DNA of 30,047 nucleotides from Bdellovibrionia bacterium (GTDB taxonomy: Bacteria > Bdellovibrionota > UBA1018), in contig JBJMMA010000072.1 of the NCBI GenBank assembly GCA_045805065.1, forward strand, positions 1 to 30,047, written 5' to 3'. Shown one piece after another: positions 27,068-30,047 of the stretch (position 1 is the stretch's first letter; every line of letters begins with the position of its first letter). Position numbers and translations under genes: made by a program. The notes beneath the pieces are model-generated. The model did not search any database and was not told the DNA's origin. It worked only from the letters and a program-made list of their open reading frames with translations.

Positions 27068-29353
27068 ATGGATACGGGCGCCCTTCATCCTGAATTTCGC
27101 ACCGCTCTAGCGAGCTGCGATAGAGAACCGATTCATATTCCTGGATCGATTCAGCCATTCGGGGTCCTTCTTGCGCTGAATGAAGACCTAAGCGTTTCTC
27201 AGTTCAGCATGAATGCTCCCACTGATCTCAACCTTTCACCGCAAGGCGATCAGTTGGCGCCAGTGAACCAATGGATCGATCCCCAAAGCCTTGAGGCGCT
27301 CAAAGCCCAAATCCAGCCTCGCGATTTCGATCGTTCCGAACCGATCAAAGCCTGCATCAGGCAATCCGATCAAAGTCAGAAATACTGGAATGCGTTCGTT
27401 CATCGTCATCGCGATCAACTGATTCTGGAGCTTGAACCGCTCGATGCGGAAGAAAATCTGAATCAGACAGCACTCTATCAGCGGTTGCGTGAAGCCATTT
27501 CAAAACTTCAATCCTCGCAAACAGTCCTAGGGCTTTGCGACACTCTTGTCCGTGAGGTCCAATCCATCACTCAGTACAACGGAGTGATGGTCTATCGGTT
27601 TCATGAAGACGCACACGGAGAAGTTATCGCTGAGGCCAAGGCCCCGGGCTTTCCGAAATACTTGGGGCATCATTATCCCGCCTCTGACATCCCCACTCAG
27701 GCACGCGCCGTTTTTCTGCAAAACTGGCTGAGAATGATTCCGGATGTCGACTACATTCCTGCGCCGCTCCAGCCCATGCTTCAACCCACGCCTGAGTCAA
27801 GAACGGATCGCCCGCTGGATTTGGGAAAAGCGATGTTAAGAAGCGTGTCTCCGATTCACATTCAGTATCTCAAAAACATGGGCGTCTCGGCATCCATGAC
27901 AATTTCACTGATCAAAGAAGGAAAACTCTGGGGACTGATCGCATGCCACCATTACGTAGGCCCGAAGTACATTCCTCACGAGATCCGCTCAGCCTGTGAA
28001 ATGCTCGGAAGACTTGCCTCCACCTTGCTCCCCGCGATTGAAGCCCGAGAGCTCAAAGAAAGTCGCATCCACGCCAGGTCCACCATTGCTCGGCTCGATG
28101 AGCTGATGCACTCGAGCGATCGTATTGAGACTCCTTTGTTCGGAGCATCGCCAAATCTTCTTGATGTGGTCACGGGGGCATCTGGAGCGGCGGTTTTCAC
28201 TGACGGCCACTGGGAACGGATGGGCGACGCACCTCCCCTCGAAGAGATCATTCAGCTTTCCTTATGGCTGAACGAACGATCTCAGACCCCTCCCCTCTTT
28301 TACACGGACTCATTACCTAGCCAATACCCGCGAGCGGCTGATTTCAAGAATCAGATGTGTGGAATCTTAGCGATCCGAATCCCCAAGCATGCATCCAGCT
28401 GGGTGATCTGGTTTAAGCCTGAAACTCTGCAGACCATCACCTGGGCGGGAAACCCGGATAAGCCCGTGACCAAGGAAAAGGGCGACGTTTTTCTTCATCC
28501 CAGAACCTCATTTGATGAATGGATTGAAAACGTGCGGTTAAAATCACTTCCCTGGTCCACGGTGGATATCGAGGCTGCAACCGATCTTTACCAGGTGATC
28601 ACTGCAAACGATCTCCGACGACAATTTCAACTCGAACAAAAAGCGCGAGCTGAAGCCGAGGCGGCCACTCAGCAAAGGGAAGAGCTTTTAAGAGTGATCT
28701 CTCATGATTTGAAAACGCCACTCACCACCTTTCGACTCAATCTAAATGCGCTGAGTCTCTTCGCGTCCAAAAAATCCCAGGCCGAAATGGAGCAGATCAT
28801 CGCCAGCATGGATCGTACAACCATGAGCATGAGTCAGCTCATTGATGATGTGCTGACAATCTCAAGATCCGAAGTCGGAAAATTGCCTTTGGAGTCTACG
28901 GGAGAAAGACCTGATGTTCTTTTGGATGAGGTCAGAGAGATCTTGGGACCGATCGCTCGTCAAAAAGACATCACGCTCGAAATCCGTCCCCCTAGCTCAG
29001 TAGAATTTGTCTACTGCGATCGAGGAAGAGTCTCGCAAGTTCTCTCGAATCTCGTTGGGAACGCGGTAAAATTCACGCCGATCCATGGCAAGGTAACGGT
29101 AACTGCGGAGTCCAACGAAGCGGAGATCCTATTTTCCGTGCATGATACGGGACCCGGAATCTCCGAGCAGGACCTGCCTCATGTTTTCGACCGTTTCTGG
29201 CAAGCCTCGCACACAAAGCAACTCGGAACAGGCCTCGGGCTTGCGATCGCCAAAAGCATTGTCGAAGCTCACGGCGGTCATATCTGGGCCAAGAGTCGTT
29301 TGGGTGCAGGAAGCACCTTTTACTTCACACTGCCTAAAGCCTCTCAACACTGA
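27068..29353 (+). CDS. bphP: Bacteriophytochrome histidine kinase (PAS-GAF-PHY-HisKA-HATPase)
   Basis: N-terminal biliverdin-binding Cys (SCDREPIHIPGSIQP), PASDIP, LRSVSPIH, WAG and PRTSF tongue motifs. H-box SHDLKTP and N/G1/F/G2 boxes. Start placed at ATG 27068 to avoid overlap with bfd. Confidence 0.95.
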   Translation: MDTGALHPEFRTALASCDREPIHIPGSIQPFGVLLALNEDLSVSQFSMNAPTDLNLSPQGDQLAPVNQWIDPQSLEALKAQIQPRDFDRSEPIKACIRQSDQSQKYWNAFVHRHRDQLILELEPLDAEENLNQTALYQRLREAISKLQSSQTVLGLCDTLVREVQSITQYNGVMVYRFHEDAHGEVIAEAKAPGFPKYLGHHYPASDIPTQARAVFLQNWLRMIPDVDYIPAPLQPMLQPTPESRTDRPLDLGKAMLRSVSPIHIQYLKNMGVSASMTISLIKEGKLWGLIACHHYVGPKYIPHEIRSACEMLGRLASTLLPAIEARELKESRIHARSTIARLDELMHSSDRIETPLFGASPNLLDVVTGASGAAVFTDGHWERMGDAPPLEEIIQLSLWLNERSQTPPLFYTDSLPSQYPRAADFKNQMCGILAIRIPKHASSWVIWFKPETLQTITWAGNPDKPVTKEKGDVFLHPRTSFDEWIENVRLKSLPWSTVDIEAATDLYQVITANDLRRQFQLEQKARAEAEAATQQREELLRVISHDLKTPLTTFRLNLNALSLFASKKSQAEMEQIIASMDRTTMSMSQLIDDVLTISRSEVGKLPLESTGERPDVLLDEVREILGPIARQKDITLEIRPPSSVEFVYCDRGRVSQVLSNLVGNAVKFTPIHGKVTVTAESNEAEILFSVHDTGPGISEQDLPHVFDRFWQASHTKQLGTGLGLAIAKSIVEAHGGHIWAKSRLGAGSTFYFTLPKASQH

Positions 29354-30047
29354 CTGAATCTGAACGCTCGCGTGCCTGCTCTTGAACGGGCTTAAGAATG
29401 TATCCACCACCATAGACGGAGCGGATCACATGATTGAACCCATCGAGCTTGCGGCGAATCGTCAGGATATGTGGATCTAAAATTCTGACGGACAGCTCTT
29501 TGGAATGCCAAACGTCAGCAAGAATGTCTTCGCGGCGACACAAGCGCCCTTTTCTTTCTACCAGATAGGAAACAAGCTTGAACTCCAAAGCGCTCAAATG
29601 AATCGTCTCGCCATCTATTGAGGCTTCCTGAGTATCGGCATTTAGCCTCAGATTTCCACACACCAAAGACTTCATCTGAGATGTCTGTGAGGATTGCGAT
29701 TCCATGCGAAGCATCTGGAACCGCTGAAGCTTGGCTTCGATTCGGGTTAAAAGCTCCTCGCTGTCAAAAGGCTTTGAGACGTAGTCGTCCGCCCCAACCT
29801 TGAAAGCATGGATCCGCTCCTGGGTACTTCGAAGTGCCGTGACCATGATGATCGGAACGTCTCGCGTCGTCTCTTCCTGGCGCAAGGCCTCGCAGGTCAG
29901 GAATCCATCCATGCGCGGCATCATAACATCCAACAAAATAAGATCGGGAGCGTTCTTGATAGCCAGCTTCAGGCCTTCGACCCCATCGCAAGCCATGACA
30001 AGATGATACCTATCGCTCAGGATGGTCTTGAGTCCTTCTCGAATCGA
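29334..30047 (-). CDS. OmpR/PhoB-family response regulator, 5' end outside the window
   Basis: LLDVMMP, VTA, KPF and a wHTH (LSALEFKL...IRSVYGGGY). The frame stays open to the window edge (SIREGLKTILSDRYHLV-MACD). Confidence 0.92.
   Translation of the reverse strand, partial: SIREGLKTILSDRYHLVMACDGVEGLKLAIKNAPDLILLDVMMPRMDGFLTCEALRQEETTRDVPIIMVTALRSTQERIHAFKVGADDYVSKPFDSEELLTRIEAKLQRFQMLRMESQSSQTSQMKSLVCGNLRLNADTQEASIDGETIHLSALEFKLVSYLVERKGRLCRREDILADVWHSKELSVRILDPHILTIRRKLDGFNHVIRSVYGGGYILKPVQEQARERSDSVSVERL

Noticed and set aside
29334..30047. OmpR-type regulator as the cognate partner of the phytochrome
   Set aside because: It is convergent, truncated by the window edge and may belong to another operon; pairing cannot be supported from sequence alone.

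Overview
A 30-kb, mid-GC bacterial chromosomal segment. Gene content suggests Bdellovibrionota or a related ex-deltaproteobacterial lineage (inference). No rRNA, tRNA, CRISPR array or transposase was seen. In order, it holds: a TPR plus double-HTH regulator, two lipoproteins, a two-domain retropepsin and a subtilase; a minus-strand run of kdsB-pyrG-kdsA, three kinase-less response regulators, kdsC, proB-proA-proC and psd; a ~246-bp palindromic element; an operon of an AglZ-like pseudo-receiver/coiled-coil protein, a REC-GGDEF cyclase and a calcineurin-like phosphoesterase; a divergent membrane protein plus bactofilin; an M16 peptidase pair and an SDR; a split-function bacterioferritin pair with a divergent Fur-boxed bfd; a bacteriophytochrome kinase; and a 5'-truncated OmpR-type regulator. 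Three observations stand out. (1) The GGDEF enzyme has the Hypr Asp->Thr signature of 3',3'-cGAMP synthases and is translationally coupled to a metallophosphoesterase, a candidate new cGAMP make/break module linked to gliding. (2) The long palindrome caps two GGA-loop hairpins. (3) Synonymous-site composition flips across that palindrome, suggesting local strand-specific mutagenesis. All calls come from motifs read by eye; no searches were run.
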